NCBI GenBank assembly: GCA_040954595.2
Contig: CM082597.2
Coordinates: forward strand, 6,287,849-6,351,848
DNA: 64,000 nucleotides
Direction of reading: 5' to 3'
Source of the DNA: Balanoglossus misakiensis
Lineage: Eukaryota > Animalia > Hemichordata
The position numbers were made by a program, and so were the translations under genes. The notes below the pieces were generated by a model. The model saw only the letters and a list, made by a program, of their open reading frames with translations. It had not been told where the DNA came from and ran no database searches. Shown in pieces: positions 46,286 to 59,652 of this stretch; the stretch's first letter is position 1; each line of letters begins with the position of its first letter.

Positions 46286-49200
46286 TTAGCCAGTACGCGT
46301 GCAGTTGCCAGAGTCTCCTTCGGTTTTACAACACAGGCCACGGTACATGCCGACCGTTCTCATGCGTAGCAGAAACGCCCCGAAAATGAAAACACCCTGC
46401 AAGGTATTGGCAAGAATGAAAATGTAATCCAAAACATCGGCCTGAAAGAAGCCGTCCACAAAACCAATAATCCATGTCAACCCCATAACAGTAGACATCT
46501 TGATAGAAAAGATGACATGTTGAGCCGTGTACGACGTCTGTCGGTGCCTTTTCATTTCTCTCTCCGATGCTAACATGGAGAACACGGTGTATATTAAGCA
46601 AACGACATTGAAAAGAACAATCAGGCTAACAGGGCCGAGGAACGTGACAATCAAAGGCGTCAGCCGACCGATCCAACATACAGGACCCTCGCTGTAACCA
46701 ACCCGGAAACCATACGGAGCTGTATGATCGATCACTACACAGACTCCAACGAAAACGAACGGTAGCAACCAGGCATACAGACAGTAGTACAAAAATATGT
46801 TGCCATTCCCCACATCGGCGCGGGTCAGTTGTGTGCGCATGTGCACGATGTCAAAGGCCATGACGCTCATCCAACAGAATGCCGCCAGCCAAATGTAGTG
46901 CGAAACAATAGCAGCTGTTTTGCACATCCATGCAAACGTTGTCCAGTCTAAGACCGTGATAAACAACAGCTGTGCGATCAAAAGAGCTACGGCCAAATTT
47001 AGAATAATCTTTCCTGGACGAGTTCTCATCTGTTTGAAAACAGAGATCGTGATGGCAGTGACCGAAAGACAGACTATGGACAGAATACAGCCAACAAGAG
47101 TTAACAGCTGTTTCAGTTTTGTTTTTGACTTCTTGTTCCAAAACGTAGTCATTCTTTTCTTGGACTGACACACGAAGGCTTGGGAACGGTCTTTCGATAG
47201 AACAAACTTTCCCTTTGGATAAACCGATGATTCAACTGAAAGAACGTCGTCGCTCACACGGAAGGTGCCTTCAGAAAATCTCAAAATCACTCCTGTACAA
47301 CTCGTTATAAAGTCATCAACGTTTTTATTCGGAGATTTGCACATTGTGACCATAAGTTGTATATCTGGTGAGGCTGGACTTTTATGCGTGTAATGACATG
47401 TTTTAGACACAAATAATTGGGAGCTGTACTTCCATGTTACGTTAGCCATTAGGTCTTCATTTACAGTCACGTTGGTGTACTCAAATTTGTGACTCTCAAA
47501 TGTGACTTGTTCGGTTCTGTTACCACAGACGGGGTTCAACATTTCAAAAGTGACCGACCTGACGACAAAGCCCACCATCAGCAATTCTGAGCCGACTTGA
47601 GACCAGGTTGCCGCACAGGCTGCTGGGAGAAAATCACCGGTGAAATTGGACTCCACGCGAACAAGAACGGACAAAGTGACAAGTAAATCACCAAAATCCT
47701 CCGCTCTGTCACAATGGTAATGCGAGCTGGAAATGTTGTGTGTGTAAATAACAGACAGATTTCGTATCAGTGACGTCACGGTTTCTTCGAGGTTGAAGAA
47801 ATCGCACCCGTCCACTTCCACCGATGGCAAAGAAACGCGGAAAGTTAACAAAATGGCGGGATGTCTATCGTGAGCTGACGCTACAAAGAAGTCGTTCAGC
47901 TCTGCCCGTTCTGATAAAGGATTCATTTTCAATTTCGTTATGTCAAAATTGTCGTAATCAAAGACGTGTCTCAAAATACATTTTCCTTGTAACATATCAA
48001 AGATTCGGCCATGTTCGCAGCTCCATTGCTCTTGAGCACGAACGCCATTCGTAGCAGACAGTCGATGTTCTCCCTGTGCGTTGAAGTCAAACAATATATC
48101 GAAGGCGGGAAATCGGGGATAGACTATCCTATCAAGAGGCGGTAAACCGCATGTTACATATAAAGGACTGATTTCAACGTCATTGCATATTGCACAATGA
48201 ATGTTCTTGTAATATCTAAGTCCTCTGGCTCTCCCGCTTGATATGAATACCCCAACTGCTGCTGAATGACGGCGACACAGCTCAACAATTGTGTCGTTGG
48301 GGAAATCAGCTGGACAGGTGTCAATGGGCCTGAAACATTCAGTTACACCGAGCCGGAGATCGCCCTCGATAGACGCCCTCATTGAACAACGTTCTGACGA
48401 CATCGCGTTGGAGATGATAGAGGAAATATTAGCCGAAAAAACGAGGCTTGTCATATCTCTCGAGCATTCCCACAGTAACGGCGAAAAGTGCAGGCTCGAT
48501 TCATTCACACTGTTACAAATAGCGCAGTGGATGTTGTTGTACACCACTTCGCCGTCAGAGTCAATCACTGGAGTAACATCAAAAATGGACGCATCTGTAA
48601 TGAAAACGTACAGAAGCATATTGGGGCCAATTTATAAAAAATAAAATAAAAATAAAAATCTCGTAATTACGAGTTTTTATTCTCGTAATTACGAGTTTTT
48701 AATCACGTTATTATGAGAATCCCGTCATTACGAGATTTTGTGGGGAATGTTTTCTCAAGATACGGCCGAAGGTTTCACGCGCGCGTCACTTGAATAACAG
48801 CGCGTCATCCGTTTTTTTCCTGTTTTGTGTGGCGACCACGGCAAACTCGAACTGCTTCAGCTAGATATAAATCACAGGACACAAAGGAGCGCGTGATCAG
48901 TGACTGCATGAACAGTATCCATGTGACTATATTGATAAAACTGAACGTCCTTCCTCCCTTGAAGGAAAGAAATTTAAAAAAAATCGCGTCGCAGCACCAT
49001 TTTTTTAAAGAAAGGCCTGACCAGAAACATTTCTGTTTTTTGGTCGTACGTCGTTGGCAAGGCCCCTGAGTCAGAATTCGAGTTTTCCACTTCGATTCGA
49101 CCCCCCCCCCAAAAAAAACACACAACAACAACAACAACAAACTAGTATTACAAAACCCTTGCGTTTCAATTTTGTAACAACCTATAGTTCCTCGGCTTAT

Positions 49201-50580
49201 TTCTCCCCACAGTATGGGCGTTGTATTGTCGAAGTCGGGTGCGCCAGGCAAAATTTATCTGGACAATGTTGAAGCTCTCCCGTTCATATCAAATAATTTT
49301 ATTGGGGAGATTCAGGAAGTTCCATCACATATTCAATTATAGACAGTTAATTTTGTTCAGTACCAAGGTTAATAATGACAGAAATTGAAATACACAGAAA
49401 AAAAAGAAATGCATAAATTTGGTATTAATGTATATGTGTAACTTTAAAAAATCCAATGTCATCATATACGGGCTTCATCTGTACATTTTTTCCTGTTTGC
49501 AATGACAAACGCAACAGGTACCTCCGAATTTTGACTTCTGCATGGTGTCAGTATTTCAGCGCGGCGAGGGCAACCTCACGATTTGCATCCTACACGAGGG
49601 ATGGTAGTCTAGCATCCAGCCGTATTTCTCCACTTTGCTGAGCGGGCAAAACACGGCTAGAAACTAGACTAGAGGGATGGCGATCGTCTGGCTTTTTCCG
49701 AAGTAGAACCGGAAAGGTCAAACTGACAAATAGTGAGAAAAGTAACATTGGTCTTACCATTGGCGGTTTCACACCGCTGACGGACATTCTCGTGTGGCCA
49801 GTCTCTGGGACATTTGTGCGTCGCCATGACGTCATGCCTCCCACCAGTAGCGCGCATACAATATTCTGGCAGCCATATTTCGTCGGGGTCAGGCACCTGT
49901 CTAATGTCACCAAAGCATCTGTCTATGTAATCGTGACAGCAGTCTTCACGCACTAAGCATTCTGGCTCACAGCTACACATTGTATTGTCATGTTTTCTCA
50001 GCTTCACGGTGGCGGGGCCGTTGCAAACAAGGCCGCTCGGCGTGAGGCACGAGTCCATACGAAATCCCGTGCTGGGATAACGGCACTGCAATGACTGTGC
50101 ATCTATGTTGTAATACACAGGAGGTGGAGTTGGCGCGGCTGTGCGGCGTGACGTCACTGGCGGGCGGGAACCTGTCACTGTTGACGGTGAGAAGGGACCC
50201 GCCGTTGTCGTTACGACGGTGTTCGTTTCTTGAGACTTTGGTTGAGCGGTTGTTGCCAGAGGTCCCCCGTTGTCGAAAGAGGAGTCTTCAATCGTTGTCG
50301 ACTGTAATGTTGGATGGCTCGTCGCTAGATTTGAGGTTAGGCTGGGCCGGGATGTAGCGCTTCGTGGAGATATTGGAACGGTCTTCGTGTTTCTGGGGGT
50401 CTGTCGAGAGAGTGTTGTCAAAGACGCGCTGCTCGTGAATTCCTCCTGTTTCCTGGTCGTCATTACAGTGGATCTTGAGGACGTCGTTTCATAGCCCGTA
50501 CCAGTTGCACGCGTCCATACCATCAACTTATCTCCGTTGGTGATTAAAACCAAGCAGCAAAAACACCAAACTGCCTTCAT
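46286..50580 (-). CDS. class B (secretin-fold 7TM) Methuselah-like / adhesion-like GPCR with signal peptide, Ser/Thr mucin stalk, somatomedin-B-like domain and two Cys modules (1043 aa, 2 coding exons)
   Basis: Exons 50580-49758 and 48594-46286 are joined in phase 1 (G|AT). Motifs: CSCEPECLVREDCCHDY (SMB), two YxNIHCAICN motifs, and the 7TM core GCILSIVCL...PGKIILNLAVAL...CKTAAIVSHYIWLAAFCWMSVMAFD...CWI...MGLTW...NTLQGVFIF. Confidence 0.92.
48657..48740. repeat. tandem palindromic ~21-bp units (CTCGTAATTACGAG core)
   Basis: Two exact and two degenerate copies in the GPCR intron. Confidence 0.75.
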
Positions 50581-50842
50581 AATGAATGCGTCAATAAATC
50601 TGGAATAACACCCAGAAAGAGGATTTTTTTAAAAAAAGGCAAAATTGACTTTGATGATTTCTGAAGTGAAATTTGTCAGCCACATGACACCCCGGTCGAA
50701 AATCACACCACACCCGTAACGCATAACCAGAGCAACCCGGTGTCCGTTATCGGCCACGCTATACATAGAATACGCGTAAAACTTATCAAAGGAAGTAGCC
50801 AATTCTATATGCAAACATAAACATATCAAGACACCAACTTAA

Positions 50843-51190
50843 AGGGACAAAGTCTGTCTCTCTCGCTGCCCCTTTACCATTAATTATGTTTGATATATAA
50901 GACATTGTTTATGTTATTCTACATGTGGGTATATATAGTGAATCAACATTCAACCACACACACCTTCCATCCCACTTGTAGACACAAGAGTGAAAACTTG
51001 CCAAAATGAATAATCGATGTACCGTTTATTCATTTTGCGAGATTTTTACTCTCATATCCTGCAAACGGGATGGAAGTTGTGTGTGGTTGAACGTTCATTC
51101 ACTATATATCCACATGTAGAATAACATAAACGGTGTATTGTATTAAACATAATTAATGGAAAAGGGCAGCGAGAGAGAGACTTTGTTCCT
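50843..51190. mobile_element. K1 Kolobok/T2 MITE, complete, TTAA TSD
   Basis: TTAA-AGGGACAAAG...CTTTGTTCCT-TTAA. Confidence 0.85.
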
Positions 51191-51649
51191 TTAAACATTT
51201 TACTATTATGTTTGACTCTGTTCAGTTTCAGTTCTTACAGTTACAGTCACATTTGGTATTTTGCAACACAACTTCAGCGGTAAGTGACGTGACGCCGTGC
51301 ACATCGCCGGGCGCGACAATTCCATGCTGAGAAACGTCGTCGAATTTTCCAGCTTTGATTTGACACGTACGTAAATGCATTTTAGTGTGCATACAATTGC
51401 GTGCCAAGCAAAGTCCGCATGCAGTGTTGAACATATACTTACCACAATTGAGAACAAGTCTCTTGGACAGTCAGTTGCCTGATATACCTGAGTTAGTGGC
51501 TTGTTGAGTGCTCCCTGAAAATCTTCCCCCAAAAGATTCGTCCAAACTAAGCTTTGGTGACAGATTCGATGTATATATATATGTTGGTATATGATTAACA
51601 TGATTGGTCTCCAAGGCTGTGTTTTGCGTATGCGCTTCCTAAGGTGTCG

Positions 51650-51745
51650 AACCAATAGAAATCACTGTCACCAACCATCGGCTAGCCAATAGAAATCGTT
51701 GTCACCAACTTTATAGTTACATAAATTCGTACTGCGCATGCGTAA
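51650..51745 (-). promoter_or_regulatory. candidate GPCR promoter: two CCAAT boxes plus an NRF1-like site
   Basis: CCAATAGAAATC occurs twice (about 51652 and 51687), with TGCGCATGCGTA at 51733. A minus-strand GTAAGT donor at 51442 and an acceptor at about 50600 would define a 5' UTR intron. Confidence 0.4.
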
Positions 51746-51792
51746 AACTTTTGTTGACGGAAAATCAACAGGTAAAATGTCACTTCTGCCCG

Positions 51793-51964
51793 TTATTCAT
51801 TTTGGCGTTTTTTTCATTCTCGAGTCTACAAGTCGGATAGAAGTTGTGTGTTGTTGAACATTAATTCACTTTACATGTATATCCACATGTACGTTAGCAT
51901 AAACGGTGACTTGTATCAAACATAATTAATGAAAAAAAGGCAGCGAGAGAGAGATTTTGTCCCT
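51793..51964. mobile_element. K1 MITE, right half
   Basis: Ends GAGAGATTTTGTCCCT-TTAA. Confidence 0.75.
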
Positions 51965-52949
51965 TTAATCCTACATTGCATTACAGGGATACTTCCAACT
52001 CTATAGTCGACACCATTTTCAATGTGTTGTCTCAATGTTTAGTCTCAGCATTCTCAAAACTTAATGTTATAGATATATGAAAGTTTACATTATTGAATGT
52101 TTATGGTCAGTAATACAATCACAATAATAACCAAATGAAGCAACGTGCCATCTTCCTGAAATCACCAGTGTGAGTACGTGTATATCGGTAGCGTTTGGAT
52201 AACTTGTCCCAGAACATGGAATAGTGGCGAGTTTGCATACGAAGATCATCTAGTACTGCATGTTAATGCCAATAAGCTAGGTGCCCTGTTTCTACAGAAA
52301 CCAGACTCGCCCGGTTCGACGAAGTAAAGTTAAGTCAGTGTGTGTGCACGTGTACAACAAGTTAGAGCCGGGATGTATTTGGAGGTTAATACAGAAGAGT
52401 GATGAAGAGCAAAAGTGATTTTCTCCGCTGACGGGTTTACGAATCACGTGAAGTAAAATTTACCGAGAGCGCGCATTGAAACGGCTTAGGGTTGAGAGAT
52501 AAAAGATTGTTTCGAAGGTGCACACGATCCAGACCCGAGGGCACTGCTGGTCCATCTCTGGAAGAGGTGTAATCACCATTTGTGAGAGTTATCAACCAAA
52601 TGGGACAGTTCTTCCCCCAGCCTTGAATATCCGAAAATCTCAACGGCTTTCTTCATTTTAATTGGAGGGTGTGGCTAATTTCAAAGCGCGACTGATTTGA
52701 ACGGGCTGCTGACGCATCATCGTGGTGTTCCCGGAGGGAATTCTCGAGACTTGAATATACCTCGCGCTTCCTGTATACGCAGATACTCATGCAAATTAGG
52801 GTTCATTTTCCTGTGGGAGGAAAACGCAGCGGCTGTCTAAGTAGCGTCATTTAAGCGATTACGGTGGCGAGAGGAGACTTTAATAGACATGGTATTGTGA
52901 CGTTTCATCGTGACGGCGTATACACCGCCCTGGGTGAACTGTCAGTTAA

Positions 52950-53500
52950 AGGTATACCGTCACCTCCAGTTTGCATACGCCCATATATGGCTGAAATGGC
53001 GTATTTGAGCGTTCTAAAGAACATTATGGTGGCGCTCTTTTTTCGCGTGTGCCACCCACTGAAAATCTGTGATTGGCTAGATCTCAATTTTCCATGGTAA
53101 CTATAGCTAATTTTCCTTAGGTGACCGTAAACCTTTAAGGATGTACGCACAGAACATAAACCGGAAACACTGCGCGCCCGGTCTTTTTCCCATAGGATTA
53201 CATTGATAATCGCTAGAAAACAAACTTCTACTATTGTCATTTTCACGAAATTTTACACATAGCTCAGTCCAGCAAATATAATTTCATAGGTCAAATAAAA
53301 TATAGGGGTCACCGCGCTCTATTTTGAGATAAATTGCGTTAAAAAGTTTGCCCATAGACAAACCATTGGTGAAAAATGCTGAGTCTTCTATTATCGACCA
53401 AATTAATGGCTCTGTTTTTCATAAACAAGCGCGGTGACCCCTATATTTTATTACGGATTTTCATTATACATACAAAGGAGGATAAAAAAAATCCACAATT
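52950..53500 (+). mobile_element. Kolobok-type non-autonomous element (K2), left end; right end not resolved
   Basis: TTAA-AGGTATAC terminus, homologous to 4628-4846. Internal inverted motif GGGGTCACCGCGCT / AGCGCGGTGACCCC. Confidence 0.55.
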
Positions 53501-54511
53501 TAAAAAAATGACAATACTTTAAATTTTAATGAACGTACATCCTTAATACAACTATCACAGTGTTGGCATATGAAACCTGTGCGGGTTAAAAATATTAAAA
53601 GTTCAACATGTAGTATGTATAGAAACTGTACCGCTACTAAAGTCAACCATAGTTTTAAATGGAACATATCTTTTTTGTCGTTGAAACGAACAACGGGAGT
53701 CTGTTTCCGCCACACACGAAAACCACCCATTAATTTCAAGTATTTTTGGCTTTGCCATCTTTGCATTATCGCCCTGCAATAATTTTATCTACATCAGCGA
53801 TGTAGTTTTTCTAGCTGAAAATCGAAGAAAACTACACATTTTGGGGGCATCTGTTGGTACGAAAAGTCTGTTCATAATTTTCATGCATTACCTGTGTTTT
53901 TCTTTTTTTACCTTCCTATTAACCTTTGCATGCTGAAATAAAGACACGTGATTTCAGTATTTTCGATATTGGAAGAGTATACCCACCAAGATAGCCCAAA
54001 GACTTCAATATAGAGTCGGAAATGATCACAGCACAACAGAAAGGGCGAGGAAAGTCGCCCGTGGTGGTCAATCATACATTCATACATACATTTTGTGTAG
54101 TAATTACTAATCTCAAGGTAGCTCCCGTAATCCCCTCAGGAAAGAACCTCTTCTTACGTCGAACGGGAGCACGTGATCCTGAAGTCATTGACCAATAGCA
54201 CAATGACTAAGCACGTGATTCTGAAGTCATTGACCAACAATAGCACAATGACTACTCTCTCTCCCTCTCTCTGATGCAGACGAGAGGGTTATTTAAGACA
54301 TTGGTACAAAAGACTATTACATGTAATGTCATGAAATCCGTGCTTCTATTACCGGCAGCTGAATCTTACAAGACAAGTACTTGATTGAAACATGTTGACT
54401 AGATGTATGCTATTACCGCGGAGCCATTACAAATGCCCTTAAGATGGGCACAATTATTAAGTTATTTTGGAGATATTTCTTTGCACGAATTCTTTCTGTG
54501 TTATGTACCCG

Positions 54512-54579
54512 GTATGTATGTATGTATGTATGTATGTATGTATGTATGTATGTATGTGTGTATGTATGTATGTATGTAT

Positions 54580-54611
<32 letters not shown>

Positions 54612-54740
54612 TGTATGTATGTATGTATGTATGTATGTATGTATGTATGTATGTATGTATGTATGTATGTATGTATGTATGTATGTATGTATGTATGTAT
54701 GTATGTATGTATGTATGTATGTGTGTGTGTGTGTGTGTGT
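54512..54740. repeat. (TATG)n/(TG)n microsatellite
   Basis: Direct reading. Confidence 0.97.
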
Positions 54741-55171
54741 ACATGTGTGTATATGTGTACATGTAAATTAGCACGTTTCATTATCACACTTACATGTACA
54801 GCAAAATAATTTCAAAGACAGTTTTGCGGGATTCTCTATGGCACAGCGTTTTATTTGCCTTTGATTAAAGTGAATACAATACGTCAACATGCATTATCCA
54901 GATGTTTCTTGGAAGTCACAAATACAAACAACAACATAACGTCCGGCATTTTGTGTAACGCACGACCTGTTCTACTATAAATGACAGTTGTCACAGTTTA
55001 ACGAACATCAGAGTCAATTAAAGTAATTAACACCATCATGAGAAATTAAATAGACTGTGCATGTCTAATGTATAATACTATAAGTGGATGTCATAACATC
55101 GGCCTTTACTATAATTCAATATTTTTCCCTTGTTTAATTTAGTAATACGGAACGATTGGCCAATATGGCGT

Positions 55172-56844
55172 TTATCGGATTAGTATTGAATATCTCCAGT
55201 TTTCTCCGGCCAACGTCATCTGTTCGTCGTTTGCAGCATTGCAACACTCGGTATCCACCCAGTTGGCCCAGGGGCCATTGGGACTTGCGTTTTTGTCGTA
55301 TCCCCAGACAATCTGCTGAGTCGACCAACCAATTCCGTTGTGAGGGTAGTTCGGATCATTACCAGTCTGTTGAGAAATTGGATGTTGCGAAACTCAATTT
55401 TTGCTTACTTAGAGTATACTGGAAAAAAATGTTGTTGTATTAAACTCTTAAAGGGACCAAGTCTCTCTCTCGCTGCCCCCTTTCCATTAATTATGTTCGG
55501 TACAAGACACTGTTTATGTTGTTCGACATGTGGATATATAGTGAATGGACGTTCAACCACACACAACATCCATCCAACTTGCAGACACGAGAGTGAAAAA
55601 CTCGCCAAAATGAATAATCACTCTCTACCCTTTATTCATTTTGGCGAGATTTTTACTCTCATATCCTCCAAACGGGACAGAAGTTGTGTGTTGTCGAACG
55701 TTGAGTAACATCCCCAAATACAAACCTGTAAGTGTTAACGACAACATATCAAATGAATTGGGCTACACTTAGAGGTTTGGCAAGCCAATGTTGTTATGAG
55801 TGGGTTTACATTGTCAATAATATCCTGATTGCTAACAATGGCTGTAATCCCTGTTTTACTTTCAGGCAACCACGTGGTGTCCAGTCAATCACGTGGTATC
55901 TACATTGACGAAGTTACTACTATTGTCGATCCTCAGATAGAGTGTTGTGTTAAGTACTGACCTGATATGACCGTTGACTGTTGGTAGCACTACTTTTCAT
56001 GATGGCAATATCCTGTTTATCTCCACAGAATCCATCAATATAACATTCTCCTCTCAATCCCGTCGTTTTCATGTAGTCTCCATAATGTGATACTATATCT
56101 GCCGATGAGGGCGCCCAGCCATACACAACCTGAGAAATATAATTTTTAAATTATTATTATAATTTCCCTTCCCTTAGAAAACAGCCTCCGCATAATCAAG
56201 CAATCCGTACATCATATTTATAATGTACAACGACCCAATTGTCATGTCTGTATAAATCCCTGATATAAAGTATCGTCGATAAAAATATAATTATGCAATG
56301 ATGGTATATTTCCAGTAATGCAGAGAGCGAAATCACGACAATATGACGTAGAACGACTTTTTTGTAGTTGTTTAGTAAACCTCACCTCTCTGTAGTTTTC
56401 CAGTTTCAATCCTTTTGTATAAATTGAAACACTAGTCGAAGAAGGCGATACTGCTCTGACGTCATCATTCCTGCCAAACACAAACATTACAATCGTGTAT
56501 AAGACACAACGTGTTATCAATATGGTTTAGAGGGACAATTGACTGACACTATGATTAGCTAAGAGGCAGTTACTTTTTTAGGAAAATAAGTTGATTGATC
56601 ATTTCACTCCTTAAGGGGTATCGTAGTAAGGTAATAATCCTGGTGTGCTTCGTGCGCTCGGAACATACATCGTCGATTGGCCATTTTGTTACAGATGATT
56701 GAAAAGAAAAAAAAATGATTCATGCTAAATATACCTAGTAATTGACTCGTAAAACAAAGCTGCGTTATCGTTGGTACCAGGTCTTGCCATCATATTATAA
56801 ACACGTAACCAGCCACCACCGTTAAAGTCCATCTCGCAATACAC
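55172..56844 (-). CDS. 3' exons of a fibrinogen-like (YC-x-GGGW) domain protein; gene disrupted upstream
   Basis: Exons 56844-56735 (VYCEMDFNGGGWLRVYN...), 56470-56386, 56129-55962 and 55366-55172 (...ENWRYSILIR*) are all GT-AG, phase-compatible (2,0,0) and open. They are mostly missed by the ORF track. Confidence 0.82.
55452..55704. mobile_element. K1 MITE, right end truncated
   Basis: TTAA-AGGGACCAAG start. Confidence 0.8.
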
Positions 56845-57129
56845 CTAAACAAAATATTGTAAATCAGTTAATTAATAAATCAAAAAATTCCATCCCATGC
56901 ACCAGATGTATCGATCTATTTAAAATATTAAAGATGATAGTCAATGAAATGATAGGAATGCTCGAGTGCGCACTGACCAAGGGACACAGTAAAGACGGGT
57001 AGGCCTACATTGGACAATTATTATGTGTATTCTGTAGCTATGAATTATGTTTTTAGGACTTAAGAGTCGGGTGACTGACTGGATGGGATTGACACGTCAT
57101 GTGAATTGTACATATGGTAACTGTTGCAT

Positions 57130-57202
57130 TAGTCTGGTCCCCTGCCCCATTCCCACCGCTGGGGCGCAGCCAGTGGTGGGAATGGGGCGGGGGACCAGAC
57201 TA
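57130..57202. mobile_element. 73-bp GC-rich palindromic mini-element, TAG...CTA ends, 9-bp TSD (AcademH-like)
   Basis: TAGTCTGGTCCCC...GGGGACCAGACTA flanked by CTGTTGCAT and GTGTTGCAT. Confidence 0.65.
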
Positions 57203-59652
57203 GTGTTGCATGTGTCGTCTGTCAGTGAGTGCACCGATCCATTTTAGGTGGCGACTGTGAAAAGAGTGAACATTCTGGATGATAAACTTGTTTACTGCCA
57301 AACCAGCATCATGAATGACTGATAATCAGAATATATTTGTCACCAGAGAGTTCTACGTCTACTCGCGCTCGGTGTCGCCTCTCCATCTGTGCTTCAAATC
57401 GCCATCTCAAGTCATAGTGTTTAATCTTCTCCGTTTTGGACCTCCCTATTCTCCCAGCCATCAGTCGGAACGGACATTTGGGTCAACGTCCGCGTTGCCC
57501 GTCATAAGGTTATGCCAATTATACCCATTGAGGGTACCCGAATAGGCTGCAGTTTGTCATGCATCACCCGAATTACTATAGTTTGATCGTACAGAAGTGA
57601 TTTCTTATTGTCATATATTACTAGATCAATGCCGCACACAAGACTCACATTTCAAGAAATGCGACTTTTTCCTGATTCTCAGACTGAGACACCCTGTAGC
57701 AGGAGAAGCTGTCAATCCACGATTGGGGGCGGAGCTTGTATCACGTGGGCTGGTTGCATACAATAGTGACTCCCCTCGACATCCACGGCAGACGAGACAT
57801 GGCGGTTAAACTGTGAGCATCTTGCTCTCGGTTGTAGTCATTTGAATTCGTACTTTACCTCTGACTTTCTTATATTTTCTCTCAAACCTTTCTCCACGTT
57901 TGTGGGAACACTTTTTCTGTTACCTCCGAGAGATTTAGTTGTCTGCGGATCGTAATTCCGAGGGTTTTCTTGGTATTTGTGTGAGCGCAACGCTCAGGTC
58001 GGTCAGTTAGCAGTAGCGCGCGTTCTGCCGTGCGTAAGGTATATCGAACCAGGACTTGTAGTCCATGGGCCAGGACCCGATTTTTCATAAATTGGTATCA
58101 GAAAGATGGACAAAGCCTCACATAGATTTTTGGAAAGGCCTATATCTCTAGATTATAAATTGGGGTGATAGCCCTGCCTATCGAGTAGCTTTCTGCATTT
58201 TTCCCCTCAAAAACTAATGTAAGAACCTAAAAATTTCCGACCCAAATTTTGGGGGTAGGGGAACTTTAAATTGCTGTAACTCCAGCAAAACTAAAGCCAG
58301 AACAGTCATTTACCACTCAAATTGTGTGTTTTTTAGAACTCTACCAAAATAATATATTTTGGTGGTAATTCGTTTTGAATTGAGGTCAATAGAGGTCAAA
58401 AGGTCATGAAATTCGGGTCATTCTGAACATTTGTAGTATGACTATTTCTTGAACGATTTTTTTGAACTTAAGTCTTTAAATGTCATTTACAAGATAAAAT
58501 ACTCTCCCAGAATCTATTTCAAACCAATAAAAAACCTTATTATTCATTTATGACCAGAAAAACACAAATAAAGAGAAACGACAGAAAGACATCCAATTTT
58601 CCACTCAGATTTAAGGGTAGGGGAAACTTAAGTTCTTGTAACTCCGGCAAAAATAAACCCAGAACAGTCATCTACCACTCAAATTGTGTGTTTTTTAGAA
58701 CTCTACCAATATAATATATGTTGGTGGTAATTCGTTTTGAATTAAGGCCAATAGAGGTCAAAAGGTCATGAAATTTGGGTCATTCTGAACATTTGTAGTA
58801 TGACTATTTCTTGAACGATTTTTTTTGAACTTAAGTCTTTAAATGTCATTTAGAAGATAAAATACTCTCCCAGAATCTATTTCAAACCAATAAAAAACCC
58901 TATTATTCAATTACGATCAGAAAAACACAAATACAGAGATACGGAAGAATGGCACAAGACTTCAGACCCTGTTATTGGGGTAGTAGTTGTAACTCCGGCA
59001 AAAATAAAGCCAGAAAAGTCATCTACCTCTCAAATTGTGTGTTTTTTAGCACTCTAGCGATTGTATATGTATTTGTTGCAATTTTGTTTTGAATTTAGGT
59101 CAAAGAGGTCAAAAGATCACAAGATTTGGGTAATTTCGAAAAATTATGGTACGAACATTTCCCGCATTAATTTTTTAAACCCAAGTCTTCAAATGTCATT
59201 TATGAGATAAAATACTCTACACGATTTTTTTTCAGACCAATTGAAGACCTTATTATTCAATTACAATCAGAAAAAAAAATTAGTAGAGAAACGGGATAAT
59301 AACAAACAATTTCCCACGGATTTGGGGGTAGGTTTGGCCATCTAACAGGTAAGTATACACCCAATTGATCATGCACATATGGTGTTTAGGAGAATGGATG
59401 TGCAAATTTGTGAACCTTTGCATGCTGCTCATGTGCACTGTACTTGTATGATGATTCCTAACAATACTACGAGAAGGGGCCATTATAGCATTGTAGCTCT
59501 GATTGTGTATTATTGTTGGATACCATCCTTCAGTGTACAGGCACAGCAGATGACAAGCCAAGCATAGGTTCAAAAATCTGCTTGTTTTTTTTCCTCAACA
59601 CAATATGAGCATGATCTATTTATATTCAGGTCCAGTATAATAAATAAAAAAA

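Noticed and set aside
49519-49589. Possible extra GPCR exon (AG...GT on -)
   Set aside because: It has a stop in the required phase, and the flanking exons already join in frame.
58007-58058. Continuation of the cut fibrinogen-like exon (GKSWFDIPY...YC*)
   Set aside because: There is no target-site duplication and no phase-0 donor before the stop; the resemblance is probably chance.
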